Below, in pieces: positions 27,224 through 35,965 of a stretch of 64,000 nucleotides of DNA (position 1 is its first letter; each line of letters begins with the position of its first letter). Origin of the DNA: Oscillospiraceae bacterium (lineage in GTDB: Bacteria > Bacillota > Clostridia > Oscillospirales > CAG-272); assembly GCA_015065105.1 (NCBI GenBank), contig SVQZ01000005.1, forward strand, positions 35,412 to 99,411, written 5' to 3'. The translations under genes were made by a program, and so were the position numbers. The notes beneath the pieces are model-generated. The model was not told the origin of the DNA. It saw only the letters and a list, made by a program, of their open reading frames with translations, and searched no databases.

Positions 27224-27826
27224 ATGAATATATTGAAGTCAATATTAGTACTAATTGCGTTAAGTATGCTTGTTGTTATTTCTTTTAAAACAACAAAACA
27301 TCTAATACATAATATCAGATCAAATCGCCGTTACATAAAATCTATTATCTGTACAGTCATTGTGAGCATATTAACCGTATATGCTATCTTATCCTACGGT
27401 ATATATATTTACCCCTTTGAAAAAAATGTCGAATTGGTTCTTGTGAAAGAATATACACTCCCAAAGCAGGATAATTATGAAATATTATACGGAAAAAAAT
27501 GGTGCGGTGTTTATAAAGCTGATGGTTCCAAACCGGCTTCGTTTATATTTAAGCCTGAAAAATATGATTATGACTTTGAAAATTTAGAGTTTGATTTAGA
27601 CAATTATACATATATTGTCACATATGCTCAAAAAGCTGAAAGCTTGTCATATAATGTTTGGGATACAATCAAAAAACCGGTAAATACCGGGGCAAAAGAA
27701 GGACATATTGTTTTCAAAGAAGAGTATAACGAAAGAAAGGTATATATTTATAAAATAAAAGATAATATACGAATCGATTGTAACATGAATGATCTAAGTA
27801 ATTTACAATTATATAATGCAAAATAA
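27224..27826 (+). CDS. Candidate immunity protein for tip 3; two N-terminal transmembrane segments plus a soluble domain
   Basis: ATG at 27224 with AGGTGG 9 nt upstream (the ORF track GTG at 27212 is less likely). Transmembrane segments ILKSILVLIALSMLVVISF and IICTVIVSILTVYAILSYGIYIY. AT-rich. Directly follows orphan 2. Confidence 0.5.
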   Translation: MNILKSILVLIALSMLVVISFKTTKHLIHNIRSNRRYIKSIICTVIVSILTVYAILSYGIYIYPFEKNVELVLVKEYTLPKQDNYEILYGKKWCGVYKADGSKPASFIFKPEKYDYDFENLEFDLDNYTYIVTYAQKAESLSYNVWDTIKKPVNTGAKEGHIVFKEEYNERKVYIYKIKDNIRIDCNMNDLSNLQLYNAK

Positions 27827-28024
27827 CTAATTAGACAGAGGGCGCTGTCCTTCTTATGAAACAAACGTAAAACAAGAAATTGCTATCTGTCTTAAAATCA
27901 AACAGCAAACGGGCGAGAACGTTGAAGAAGACTATGTTCTGAAATTCGTTAAATCCTACGATTCTACAGAGCATGATGAAGCGAAGACTACATAGGACAC
28001 TTATGCTTGTTAATGAAAACGACA

Positions 28025-28050
28025 GCAAGGCGGTCTCCCGCCTTGCTTTT
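28025..28050 (+). terminator. Intrinsic terminator closing the plus-strand cassette array
   Basis: gcaaggcgg-tctc-ccgccttgc followed by TTTTT. Confidence 0.65.
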
Positions 28051-28059
28051 TCGTATAAC

Positions 28060-28105
28060 AAAAAACGGTGCAAGTCGGATCTTTCGACTTGCACCGTCCC
28101 TTTTT
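28060..28105. terminator. Bidirectional terminator (mainly for the minus-strand SLH gene)
   Basis: 13-bp stem acggtgcaagtcg / cgacttgcaccgt, flanked by AAAAAA on the left and CCCTTTTT on the right. Confidence 0.7.
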
Positions 28106-28107
28106 AT

Positions 28108-30738
28108 TTAAAGATCACCGAAGGTTATGCAGATCTTTGCAGCTTGCGCCCTCGAAGCTGTCATATTAGGCGAAAGGGTGGTTTGGGAGGTTCCGTTTAT
28201 AAGTCCCGTACCTACCGCCCAGCAAAGAGCTTCCCTTGCCCAATCTGCTATATCCGTATTATCGGAATAGACCGAAAGGTCAGCCTTTTTTGTCATATCC
28301 ATTCCGTTTTTCAAGGCATAGTTATAAAAGAATCTCGCAAGCTGTCCACGGCTTATCTTAACACCGAGTCCGAATCTGCCGTTGCCGACTCCGTTACAAT
28401 ATCCCTCTGCACTTGCCCAGGCAACTGCGGCTGAATACCATTCTCCGCTTTTAACGTCGCTAAAGCCTGTATCCATGCCCTCATATCCGCTGAGATCAGC
28501 TCCGTCGATCCTTGCCAGAACCAAAACGAACTGCTCGCGGGTAAGAGCTTTAGCGGGAAGGAACATACCCTTGTCATTACCTGTAAAATATCCCTTCAAC
28601 GATGCCTTTACCGCTGTATCGGTGTACCATTTACCCGTTTCAACGTCGGGGAACGGCGTCTTTGCCTTAAGGTAGAGAGAAACGTCCTCGTAAATATTTA
28701 CAACGTCCCCTTCATATACCGGTTCTCCGTCATCAAAGCACCAGCCCTCAACGATATATCCCTCGGTATTCACCTTGGGGAAATCCATATACTTTCTTCC
28801 TCCGACCACTCTTTTTGAAGAGACATAATTTCCGTTCTGATCGTAAAAATCAACATTATAGCTCTTGTAATGGCCTCTTGCCGCAAGGGCGTCGGCCTCG
28901 GAGGAATCTCTTGCAAAGCGTATAGAATGAATTGATATAACGTCACCCTCCTCAACCTTTGTTCCGTTTACCGACATAAAGGAGAAACGAAGGGTATTGA
29001 GCTTGCCGGAAAAAGCGGAAAGATCGATGATATAGGTATGGTAATTGCCGTCGTTTACTGCGTTTATAAAGCCTGCAAAGGCATTCTGATCTATACCTGT
29101 CTGTTTTCCCGTGGTGGCATATACCGCCTGAAACATATAGGGATTTTTATCCTTGTGCTCAAGCTTCATGTCAATTATTGCATAATTATATTCGTCAAGA
29201 TCAAGGTATGCATAACCGCGGGAAACACTTGAATCGGGATTATCAACTCTTGTGTTAGGCAAGCCGAAGCTCAGAGTTGCCGAGGGATCGCTGTAAAGAT
29301 CCGTTACCGTCAGGTCAATGCCCTCTGCATTTCCCGAGACAGAAAGCTGGCTTGTGTTTGGGATAAGACAGTGTGTATCGCTTGCCGCAAAGTGAACCGC
29401 ACCGAATTCGATATATTCAGAGGGTATCTCGGGTATATTTTTTGCGGTATCATGGGGCTTTCCCCTGGAAAGTATGACAGAGTTTACTACAGTTCTCTCA
29501 ACGTTTCCGCTGTCGCAGGGACGGTTGACCACCTTGTATTCGCCCTCATCCGCCAGCACCATGGTGGCAGAGCCGCCGCCGTCAAGAATAAAGGCGGTAT
29601 TGAGATCGAGCTCATCCGCAATATCCCAATACTTGTTGAAATCAAGACCTTTGCTGAAATCACTCTGTCTTCCGTCATTCACAAGGAAAACTACGTTACC
29701 GTTATTCTTGATTCCGACTATTGTTGTAGGATAGCCCGTTGTGGTACCGCTTTCGTTTTTAACACCGTCAATAACGAAGGGGGTATGTCCGCCCACAACG
29801 TTGGTCATATTCTGCCAAAGCTCAGTGTCGCGTCCGAAGAGCTCTCTTACCTCAAAGGAAAGCTTAATCTTATCGCCAACCTCGTAGCCGTTGAGCTTTT
29901 CCATAGCAGTGCCCCTTGCACAAAGAATGATATGGTCCTCTGCCATTTGAGGGTCGGAATCGGAAGATTCGTCATATATACCTATTATCTCGCCCTCGAT
30001 ATTTGCACCGTGCTTTACGGTATAGCCGTCTGTTTTTACCAAAAGCTCAAGGGCATCGTCGAGAGCATAGCTGTTAAGGCATCCCTTATCCGTATAAACC
30101 ACAAGGGCGTTATTTGCAGGCAAGCGGTTAAGTCCGTCAGCCTTTACGTTATCAAGGGTGATATCAAGCTTGGGACAGCCTATGGCAACACGGTTATCTG
30201 CCGTAGAGCCGAATGCCCAGAACTGACCCTCGTAGGGGGTCTCCTGTATCATGTAATCCGACGTAATTATCTCGCCGTCATACATATTGAAGCCGCGGGG
30301 TAAGGTAAGCTCCTTTTTTACCACCGCATCGTTATAGCCGTTGTAATCCGTCCCGCTTCCCTCGATCCTTGCGTGGGCATAGGCAACCATCCAGAGGTCT
30401 CCGTTAATGGCGGCAATGGGGGTTTTATCGGGATTGTTTTTCGCAAACTCCGCCATGGTGTCGCTGGTTTTTGAAAGCTTATTTGCGTATTTTCCGCCGC
30501 CTGTTACATCTATATAAAGATCATTTGCCGAAGGGTCGAACTCCACTGCGTTAAAATTCTGTATATTGTAACGGGAGGTGGAATCGGTTGCTATATGGGT
30601 ATGGGTAACACCCTTATAAAGCTCGGCTTGGGAATAAGCCGTTTGGCTTTCCTCTTCGCCGATATTAAGCGCATTTGCCGACAGGGGCAAAAGCATTATT
30701 AATACTAAAATAATTGATAAAGCCTTTTTCATTTTCAT
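28108..30738 (-). CDS. Cell-wall-anchored phosphodiester glycosidase-family protein (NAGPA-like domain) with three C-terminal SLH repeats
   Basis: 876 aa with a signal peptide. Contains ...AAINGDLW... and ...NTAFILDGGGSATMV.... The C-terminus has three SLH-type units (FPDVETGKWYTDTAV..., FSDVKSGEWYSAAVAWA..., DIADWAREALCWAV...). Confidence 0.75.
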   Translation of the reverse strand: MKMKKALSIILVLIMLLPLSANALNIGEEESQTAYSQAELYKGVTHTHIATDSTSRYNIQNFNAVEFDPSANDLYIDVTGGGKYANKLSKTSDTMAEFAKNNPDKTPIAAINGDLWMVAYAHARIEGSGTDYNGYNDAVVKKELTLPRGFNMYDGEIITSDYMIQETPYEGQFWAFGSTADNRVAIGCPKLDITLDNVKADGLNRLPANNALVVYTDKGCLNSYALDDALELLVKTDGYTVKHGANIEGEIIGIYDESSDSDPQMAEDHIILCARGTAMEKLNGYEVGDKIKLSFEVRELFGRDTELWQNMTNVVGGHTPFVIDGVKNESGTTTGYPTTIVGIKNNGNVVFLVNDGRQSDFSKGLDFNKYWDIADELDLNTAFILDGGGSATMVLADEGEYKVVNRPCDSGNVERTVVNSVILSRGKPHDTAKNIPEIPSEYIEFGAVHFAASDTHCLIPNTSQLSVSGNAEGIDLTVTDLYSDPSATLSFGLPNTRVDNPDSSVSRGYAYLDLDEYNYAIIDMKLEHKDKNPYMFQAVYATTGKQTGIDQNAFAGFINAVNDGNYHTYIIDLSAFSGKLNTLRFSFMSVNGTKVEEGDVISIHSIRFARDSSEADALAARGHYKSYNVDFYDQNGNYVSSKRVVGGRKYMDFPKVNTEGYIVEGWCFDDGEPVYEGDVVNIYEDVSLYLKAKTPFPDVETGKWYTDTAVKASLKGYFTGNDKGMFLPAKALTREQFVLVLARIDGADLSGYEGMDTGFSDVKSGEWYSAAVAWASAEGYCNGVGNGRFGLGVKISRGQLARFFYNYALKNGMDMTKKADLSVYSDNTDIADWAREALCWAVGTGLINGTSQTTLSPNMTASRAQAAKICITFGDL

Positions 30739-32855
30739 TCACCGATAAAAAGATCGTTATATTTTGAAGAAATCGACGTATAAGGTCTGTCGATTCCGAA
30801 AACGTCAAGAATGATACCGTAAAGGTCGGTATTTGAAAAGCCTGTAAGGTCAGCATCCTTATTTACTCCCTTACCGCCTATGCCAATAAAGGAATTCAAC
30901 TCGTCATCAGAATCTCCCGTATATGAGCTGCCGCCGATAACACCGCCGTGGTCTGTTATAAGCAGATAAAGGGTGTTTTCGTTTCTGCCGAGCTCTTCGT
31001 ATTTGTTATATATCCTGCCGATATATCCGTCGGTCAGAGAAAGCTGCATCAGATAATCGCTGCTGCCGAAGCCTCCTTCAAAGTGAACTCCGCCCTGGAG
31101 CACCTGACGCATCTCAACAAAGAGAAGCGAAGGATCATTATTTTCAAGATAACCGCCCTCGTTGCAGAGAATATCGGTTACAACGTTATCAAGCTCGTTT
31201 TCATCAATGGGGGCATACACACCGCCCTCCTCCTCTGCAAGCTGTGATATCTCAAGACTTGAGGCAAAGCAGGCAACCTCCTTTTCGGGGTACTTTTCCT
31301 TTACCTCGCCGAGGAAGGTCTTGATACCGTTACGTTCATTATATACATCTCTTGCCGCATCGTCCCTGTGGCTGATACCGTGAACAGAGCCGTCTGTACC
31401 TGTAAGAACAGAAGCTCTTTCGCTCATGCAATTAACAGGTCCGCTTGCCCTTGATACCGCGGTAAGATCAAAGATCTTGTCGATATTGGCAGTCTTAGCA
31501 TCCTTGAAGAAATTTCCAGCGCCGTCTATCATAAATACCACTACCCTGTCATAGCCGTAAAGGGTCTCGGGCTCAAAGATATCGGCAAAGTAGGCGGTCA
31601 TCTTGGCTATCTGTCCTCTTGAGGCAAGTCCCTTGGGATCCAACTTGCCTGCGCCCACGCCGTTGACTATCTTAAGGGATACCGCCCAGTCCATAGATTC
31701 CTTCGCCCATGACGCAACACGGTCTGCATCTGAAAATTCCCTTGCAACATCGGTATAAGTCTCTGCATACTCATAGCCCATAAAATCCGCAAAGTTTTTG
31801 AGTATAACGGTAAGCTGCTCGCGGCTGACGTTCTTTTTGGGCATAAATTCGCCCTTTTCATTGCCGTTTACAATGCCGTTCTCCCCTGCCCATGCAGTAC
31901 AGGGCGCATACCAGTCGGAGGGTGATACGTCTATGAACTTTGAATCGGTATAAGCCGAAAGATCTGCTCCCGCATACTGGGAAAGTATCTGTACCACAGC
32001 CGCACGTGTGGTAGAACCCTTGGGAGCAAAGCTTGAAGCGGAAGTTCCCTTTACAAGGCTGTTGGTATAGCAGAAGCGTACAGATTCAAAATACCATTCC
32101 TTTTCGGACACGTCGGTAAAGGGAAGCTCTGTATATTCCCTTTCAAAGCCCTCAAAGCTGTTACCGCAGCTCTTACATTCTCTTGCTCTTACACCCTCCT
32201 CAAAGCTCCAGAGGCCGAAATCATGTCCCTTTGCTTTGATCACGGTTCTGTTTGTAAGCTTTCCGCAGGCAACGCACTGCTCAGCCTCCTCACCCGTATA
32301 TTCGCAGGCGGCATATTCGGTTATAACGGAAATCTTTTCGGAGTGCGGACAATCCTTATCCGCCAATATATAGTCAAAGCCGTTTACAATACAGTATTCT
32401 TCGGCATAGCTTCCTTCATACACCTTTACCTCAAGGTCTCCGAAATCAAAAGCCCATTCGCCGATATATTCGACGGTCTCGGGGATGGTCACGCTTTCAA
32501 GAGAATAGCATTCCGAGAAGGCATAGGTATCTATTATTCTGACGGTCAGAGGTATCTCAACGCTCTCAAGCTTATCGCATCCCAGAAAAGCAGAATATCC
32601 TATCTTTTCAAGTCCTTTCGGGAATTCAATGCTCTCGACCGGAAGGTAAGCAAATATCTCCCTGCCCAATTCAACTATGGTCAGTCCCTGTGCATCGATA
32701 TCACAGAGTGCTGTACCGTCAACTATCTCCGCTTTATCAAGTCTCGCTCTTTTGTTACCTATATCGGTGTATTTCACACCCGATTCGGCAAAAGAGACGG
32801 GGGTTGCGGCAATTATAAGCAATATCGCCGTTATTATACATAAAACTCTTTTCAT
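30735..32855 (-). CDS. Secreted multidomain protein: BspA-type LRR, central SLH repeats, C-terminal alkaline-phosphatase-superfamily (phosphodiesterase-like) domain
   Basis: 706 aa with a signal peptide. LRR units (IEFPKGLEKIGYSAFLGCDKLESVEIP...). SLH units (FTDVSEKEWYFESV..., FIDVSPSDWYAPCTAWA...). C-terminal VVFMIDGAG...LLITDHGG motifs. The stop overlaps the next gene's start by 4 nt. Confidence 0.7.
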   Translation of the reverse strand: MKRVLCIITAILLIIAATPVSFAESGVKYTDIGNKRARLDKAEIVDGTALCDIDAQGLTIVELGREIFAYLPVESIEFPKGLEKIGYSAFLGCDKLESVEIPLTVRIIDTYAFSECYSLESVTIPETVEYIGEWAFDFGDLEVKVYEGSYAEEYCIVNGFDYILADKDCPHSEKISVITEYAACEYTGEEAEQCVACGKLTNRTVIKAKGHDFGLWSFEEGVRARECKSCGNSFEGFEREYTELPFTDVSEKEWYFESVRFCYTNSLVKGTSASSFAPKGSTTRAAVVQILSQYAGADLSAYTDSKFIDVSPSDWYAPCTAWAGENGIVNGNEKGEFMPKKNVSREQLTVILKNFADFMGYEYAETYTDVAREFSDADRVASWAKESMDWAVSLKIVNGVGAGKLDPKGLASRGQIAKMTAYFADIFEPETLYGYDRVVVFMIDGAGNFFKDAKTANIDKIFDLTAVSRASGPVNCMSERASVLTGTDGSVHGISHRDDAARDVYNERNGIKTFLGEVKEKYPEKEVACFASSLEISQLAEEEGGVYAPIDENELDNVVTDILCNEGGYLENNDPSLLFVEMRQVLQGGVHFEGGFGSSDYLMQLSLTDGYIGRIYNKYEELGRNENTLYLLITDHGGVIGGSSYTGDSDDELNSFIGIGGKGVNKDADLTGFSNTDLYGIILDVFGIDRPYTSISSKYNDLFIGE

Positions 32856-33037
32856 TTTGACCTCCGAACGTTATAAACGTATTTTATCATTTTATTTTAC
32901 CATATTCCCACCCTTTTTTGCAATATATTGACCGAATGATTCAATAAAAATTTGAAAAATCTCAGAACGGTACCCCTGCATTTTTGAACAAAATGAAATA
33001 AAAGTTACCGAAAAATATAAATATCCCTGCAATAACA

Positions 33038-33067
33038 TTGACATATAACCTATATAAGTGATAGAAT
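33038..33067 (+). promoter_or_regulatory. Candidate sigma-A promoter for the SGNH hydrolase gene
   Basis: TTGACA (33038-33043), 18-nt spacer ending in TGa, then TAGAAT (33062-33067). Confidence 0.5.
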
Positions 33068-33103
33068 ATTTTCATAATATCGAATAATTATACAGAGGAA
33101 TAA

Positions 33104-33991
33104 ATGAAAAGATTCTTTTGCGTTATATTAACGGCAGTTATTCTGATGTCCTTAACAGGATGCCGGGATGCCGAATTAAAGGTAAAAAAGGAAATAATAG
33201 ACAGCTATACCTCTCAAAGCGAGGCCGATCCGGAAACCGAGCCCCTTCCCCTTGAAGGAAAGACAGTTGTCTGCTTGGGCGACTCGCTTTTCGGTATGTA
33301 CCGCGACCAGACAGCCTCCACAAAGCCTATCGCCGATCTCACCGGTGCTGCGGTATATAACGCGGGCTTCGGCGGCAGCCGTATATCCTACCATCCCTAT
33401 TCGGGCTATGATGCTTTTTCGGGATTTCGTTTAGCCGATGCTGTTGCAACAGGAGATTGGTCTCTTCAGCAGGCTCAGATAGCCGACGGTGAGGAATATT
33501 TCGAGGATCAGCTCAATATTCTTATGGGCATTGATTTTTCTGAGGTGGATATCATAGTGCTTCATTACGGTACGAACGATTTTAACAGTAAATACATACC
33601 CCTTTCAAATTCGTCCGATCCCGATGACACAAACACCGTTTGCGGAGCATTAAGATATACGATAAAAAAATTAAAAGAGGCTTGTCCCGATTCAGAGATA
33701 GTTGTCTCTCTTCCCGTTTACAGAGTATGGACCTCCCCCGACGGAGAATCGGTATATGCGGAGGACAGAGAGGATTCCTTCGGAAATACCCTTTATGATC
33801 TTTGCGAGGAAATGAAAAAGGCAGCTGAGGAGAATTCGGTAACCTATATCGATAATCTTGCCGAGCTTGGCATAAAGCAGAGCAATGCCCGTGATTTTCT
33901 TGAGGACGGAACGCATCTGAATAAAGAAGGCAGAAAGCTTTTCGGTGAGACCATAGCAGATCATCTGATTGAAAATTTTTCGGAAAACTAA
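33104..33991 (+). CDS. SGNH/GDSL-family hydrolase lipoprotein
   Basis: 295 aa. Lipobox LTGC. Block I VVCLGDSLFG and a C-terminal DGTHLN block. Confidence 0.8.
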   Translation: MKRFFCVILTAVILMSLTGCRDAELKVKKEIIDSYTSQSEADPETEPLPLEGKTVVCLGDSLFGMYRDQTASTKPIADLTGAAVYNAGFGGSRISYHPYSGYDAFSGFRLADAVATGDWSLQQAQIADGEEYFEDQLNILMGIDFSEVDIIVLHYGTNDFNSKYIPLSNSSDPDDTNTVCGALRYTIKKLKEACPDSEIVVSLPVYRVWTSPDGESVYAEDREDSFGNTLYDLCEEMKKAAEENSVTYIDNLAELGIKQSNARDFLEDGTHLNKEGRKLFGETIADHLIENFSEN

Positions 33992-33992
33992 T

Positions 33993-34036
33993 AACAAACA
34001 GAAAAGCGCTTCGGACGAAGCGCTTTTCTGTTTGTT
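33993..34036. terminator. Perfect 20-bp stem-loop after the SGNH gene
   Basis: aacaaacagaaaagcgcttc-ggac-gaagcgcttttctgtttgtt. There is no external T-run; the T-run lies inside the 3' arm. Confidence 0.55.
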
Positions 34037-34125
34037 GCACCGATATAAGTGCATTTATATTTTATCATAGGTTTATAATAAAAACAAGATATCTTGTTAA
34101 ATCAAGGCAGAGGGAGGTCGTTTGT

Positions 34126-34353
34126 TTGGATAAAAGGATAGAAAAAATAATTGGTAATAATATCCGGATATTAAGAGAAGGTGCCTCCATGACCCAAGAA
34201 CAGCTTTCCGCAAAAATGCAAATTGCAGGATGTGATATGACAAGAAGTGCAATAGCGAAGATAGAGGTAGGCCAAAGGCATATATATCCCGATGAAATTA
34301 TTCTCATAAAAGAAATACTCAACGTTGATTTCGATCAAATATTCAATATTTAA
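34126..34353 (+). CDS. Small XRE-family helix-turn-helix regulator
   Basis: 75 aa. TTG start with GGGAGG 8 nt upstream. IGNNIRILREGASMTQEQLSAKM...SAIAKIEVGQR is a classic HTH_XRE pattern. Confidence 0.8.
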   Translation: MDKRIEKIIGNNIRILREGASMTQEQLSAKMQIAGCDMTRSAIAKIEVGQRHIYPDEIILIKEILNVDFDQIFNI

Positions 34354-34450
34354 TAGCCGTTGCTCTGTTAAGAACGACGGCTTTTTTCAATTTTTAAAAT
34401 AATTCATATCAAAATATAACAAAATAATAACAATTCTTAAATTATTACCA

Positions 34451-34479
34451 TTGACACTTAAATATAATAATGATAAAAT
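34451..34479 (+). promoter_or_regulatory. Candidate sigma-A promoter upstream of the dehydrogenase/aldolase cluster
   Basis: TTGACA (34451-34456), 17-nt spacer, TAAAAT (34474-34479). Confidence 0.45.
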
Positions 34480-34558
34480 AAATATGTATGTTTATAAATA
34501 ATAATATATATATATCTAAATCAGAAAGGATGCCCGAAAGGGCGAAAGGTACGAGAAT

Positions 34559-35821
34559 ATGAAAACCAAAGCGGTTCGTATTTACGGCACTAACGATTTA
34601 AGACTTGAGGAGTTTGAGCTCCCCGCGATCAAGGATGACGAAATACTTGCTCACGTTATTTCCGACAGTATTTGTATGTCCTCCCACAAGGCGGCTATTC
34701 AGGGCCCCAACCATAAGAGAGTTCCCGACGACGTTGCAGAAAATCCCGTAATCATAGGTCATGAGTTCTGCGGTGAGATCGTAGAGGTTGGCGCAAAGTG
34801 GGCTGACCAGTTCAAGCCCGGCGACAAGTTCGCTATCCAGCCTGCAATGAACTACAAGGGCAGTCTTGCGGCTCCCGGTTATTCCTATCAGTTCATCGGC
34901 GGTGACGCCACCTACGTTATCATCCCCCACGAGGTTATGGAAACAGGCTGTCTTCTCAGTTACAAGGGCGATGCATTCTTCTACGGCTCTCTTGCCGAGC
35001 CCATGAGCTGTATCGTTGGCGGTTATCATGCTAACTACCACACCACCGCAGGAAGCTACGTTCACGATATGGGTATCGTTGAAGGCGGTAACTGTGCTAT
35101 CCTTGCAGGTGCGGGTCCTATGGGTCTCGGTGCTATCGACTATGCTATCCACTGCGACAGAAAGCCCTCTCTCGTTGTTGTAACAGACCTCGACACCGCC
35201 CGTCTCGAAAGAGCGGCACAGATCCTCTCTCCCGAGGAGGCTGCAAAGAACGGCGTTAAGCTTCTCTACGTTAACACAAGCGAATATGAAGATCCCGATG
35301 CATTCCTCATGTCTCTCACCGACGGTAAGGGTTACAACGACGTATTCGTATATGCTCCCGTTAAGCCCGTAGTTGAAATGGGCGACAGACTTTTAGCCCG
35401 CGACGGCTGTCTCAACTTCTTCGCAGGTCCTACAAAGACTGACTTCTCCGCTATGTTCAACTTCTACAACGTTCACTACTCCGCAACTCACATCTGCGGT
35501 ACCTCCGGCGGTAACACTGCTGACATGATCGAGTCTATCACCATGATGGAGACAGGTAAGCTCAATCCCGCTGCTATGATCACTCACGTCGGCGGTCTTA
35601 ACTCTGTTATCGACACCACAATGAACCTTCCCAAGATCCCCGGCGGTAAGAAGCTCGTTTACACAAACAAGGATATGCCCATGGTTGCTATCTCTGATTT
35701 TGCTGAACTCGGCAAGACCGATAAGTTCTATGCAGACCTTGACGCTATCGTTTCCGCTAACAACGGTCTCTGGTGCCTCGAGGCTGAAAAGTACGTTCTT
35801 GAAAACGCAAAAGATATATAA
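34559..35821 (+). CDS. Zinc-dependent medium-chain dehydrogenase/reductase (sorbose-1-phosphate reductase-like)
   Basis: 420 aa. ...SDSICMSSHK...IIGHEFCGEIVEVG... zinc-ligand region and GAGPMGLGAI Rossmann motif. Confidence 0.85.
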   Translation: MKTKAVRIYGTNDLRLEEFELPAIKDDEILAHVISDSICMSSHKAAIQGPNHKRVPDDVAENPVIIGHEFCGEIVEVGAKWADQFKPGDKFAIQPAMNYKGSLAAPGYSYQFIGGDATYVIIPHEVMETGCLLSYKGDAFFYGSLAEPMSCIVGGYHANYHTTAGSYVHDMGIVEGGNCAILAGAGPMGLGAIDYAIHCDRKPSLVVVTDLDTARLERAAQILSPEEAAKNGVKLLYVNTSEYEDPDAFLMSLTDGKGYNDVFVYAPVKPVVEMGDRLLARDGCLNFFAGPTKTDFSAMFNFYNVHYSATHICGTSGGNTADMIESITMMETGKLNPAAMITHVGGLNSVIDTTMNLPKIPGGKKLVYTNKDMPMVAISDFAELGKTDKFYADLDAIVSANNGLWCLEAEKYVLENAKDI

Positions 35822-35965
35822 GCATTCTGCGAATGCAATGATATCTGCTGTTGGCAGATGATAAATGATGAATGATATATTTGTCCAGGACAAATATTGA
35901 GGGTGATTTCCGTCTCGACGGAAATCTCCTTCAATTTGAATTTTTTGACTGAAAGGAAATAAAAA

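Noticed and set aside
27828-27995. A 55-codon open frame without a start codon (…ETNVKQEIAICLKIKQQTGENVEEDYVLKFVKSYDSTEHDEAKTT) at the right edge of the cassette array. It could be a remnant of a lost gene that marks the island border.
   Set aside because: It has no start codon and no recognisable family, and it is too short to judge. It could be checked by TBLASTN, but I cannot support it as a feature.
29371-30303. 310-aa plus-strand ORF, plus other internal ORFs in 28.3-32.9 kb
   Set aside because: They are antisense to the SLH and phosphodiester-glycosidase genes and have no independent support.
34065-34322. 85-aa minus-strand ORF overlapping the small XRE gene
   Set aside because: The plus-strand frame has a canonical HTH_XRE sequence and a good Shine-Dalgarno. 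The minus-strand frame is hydrophobic nonsense.
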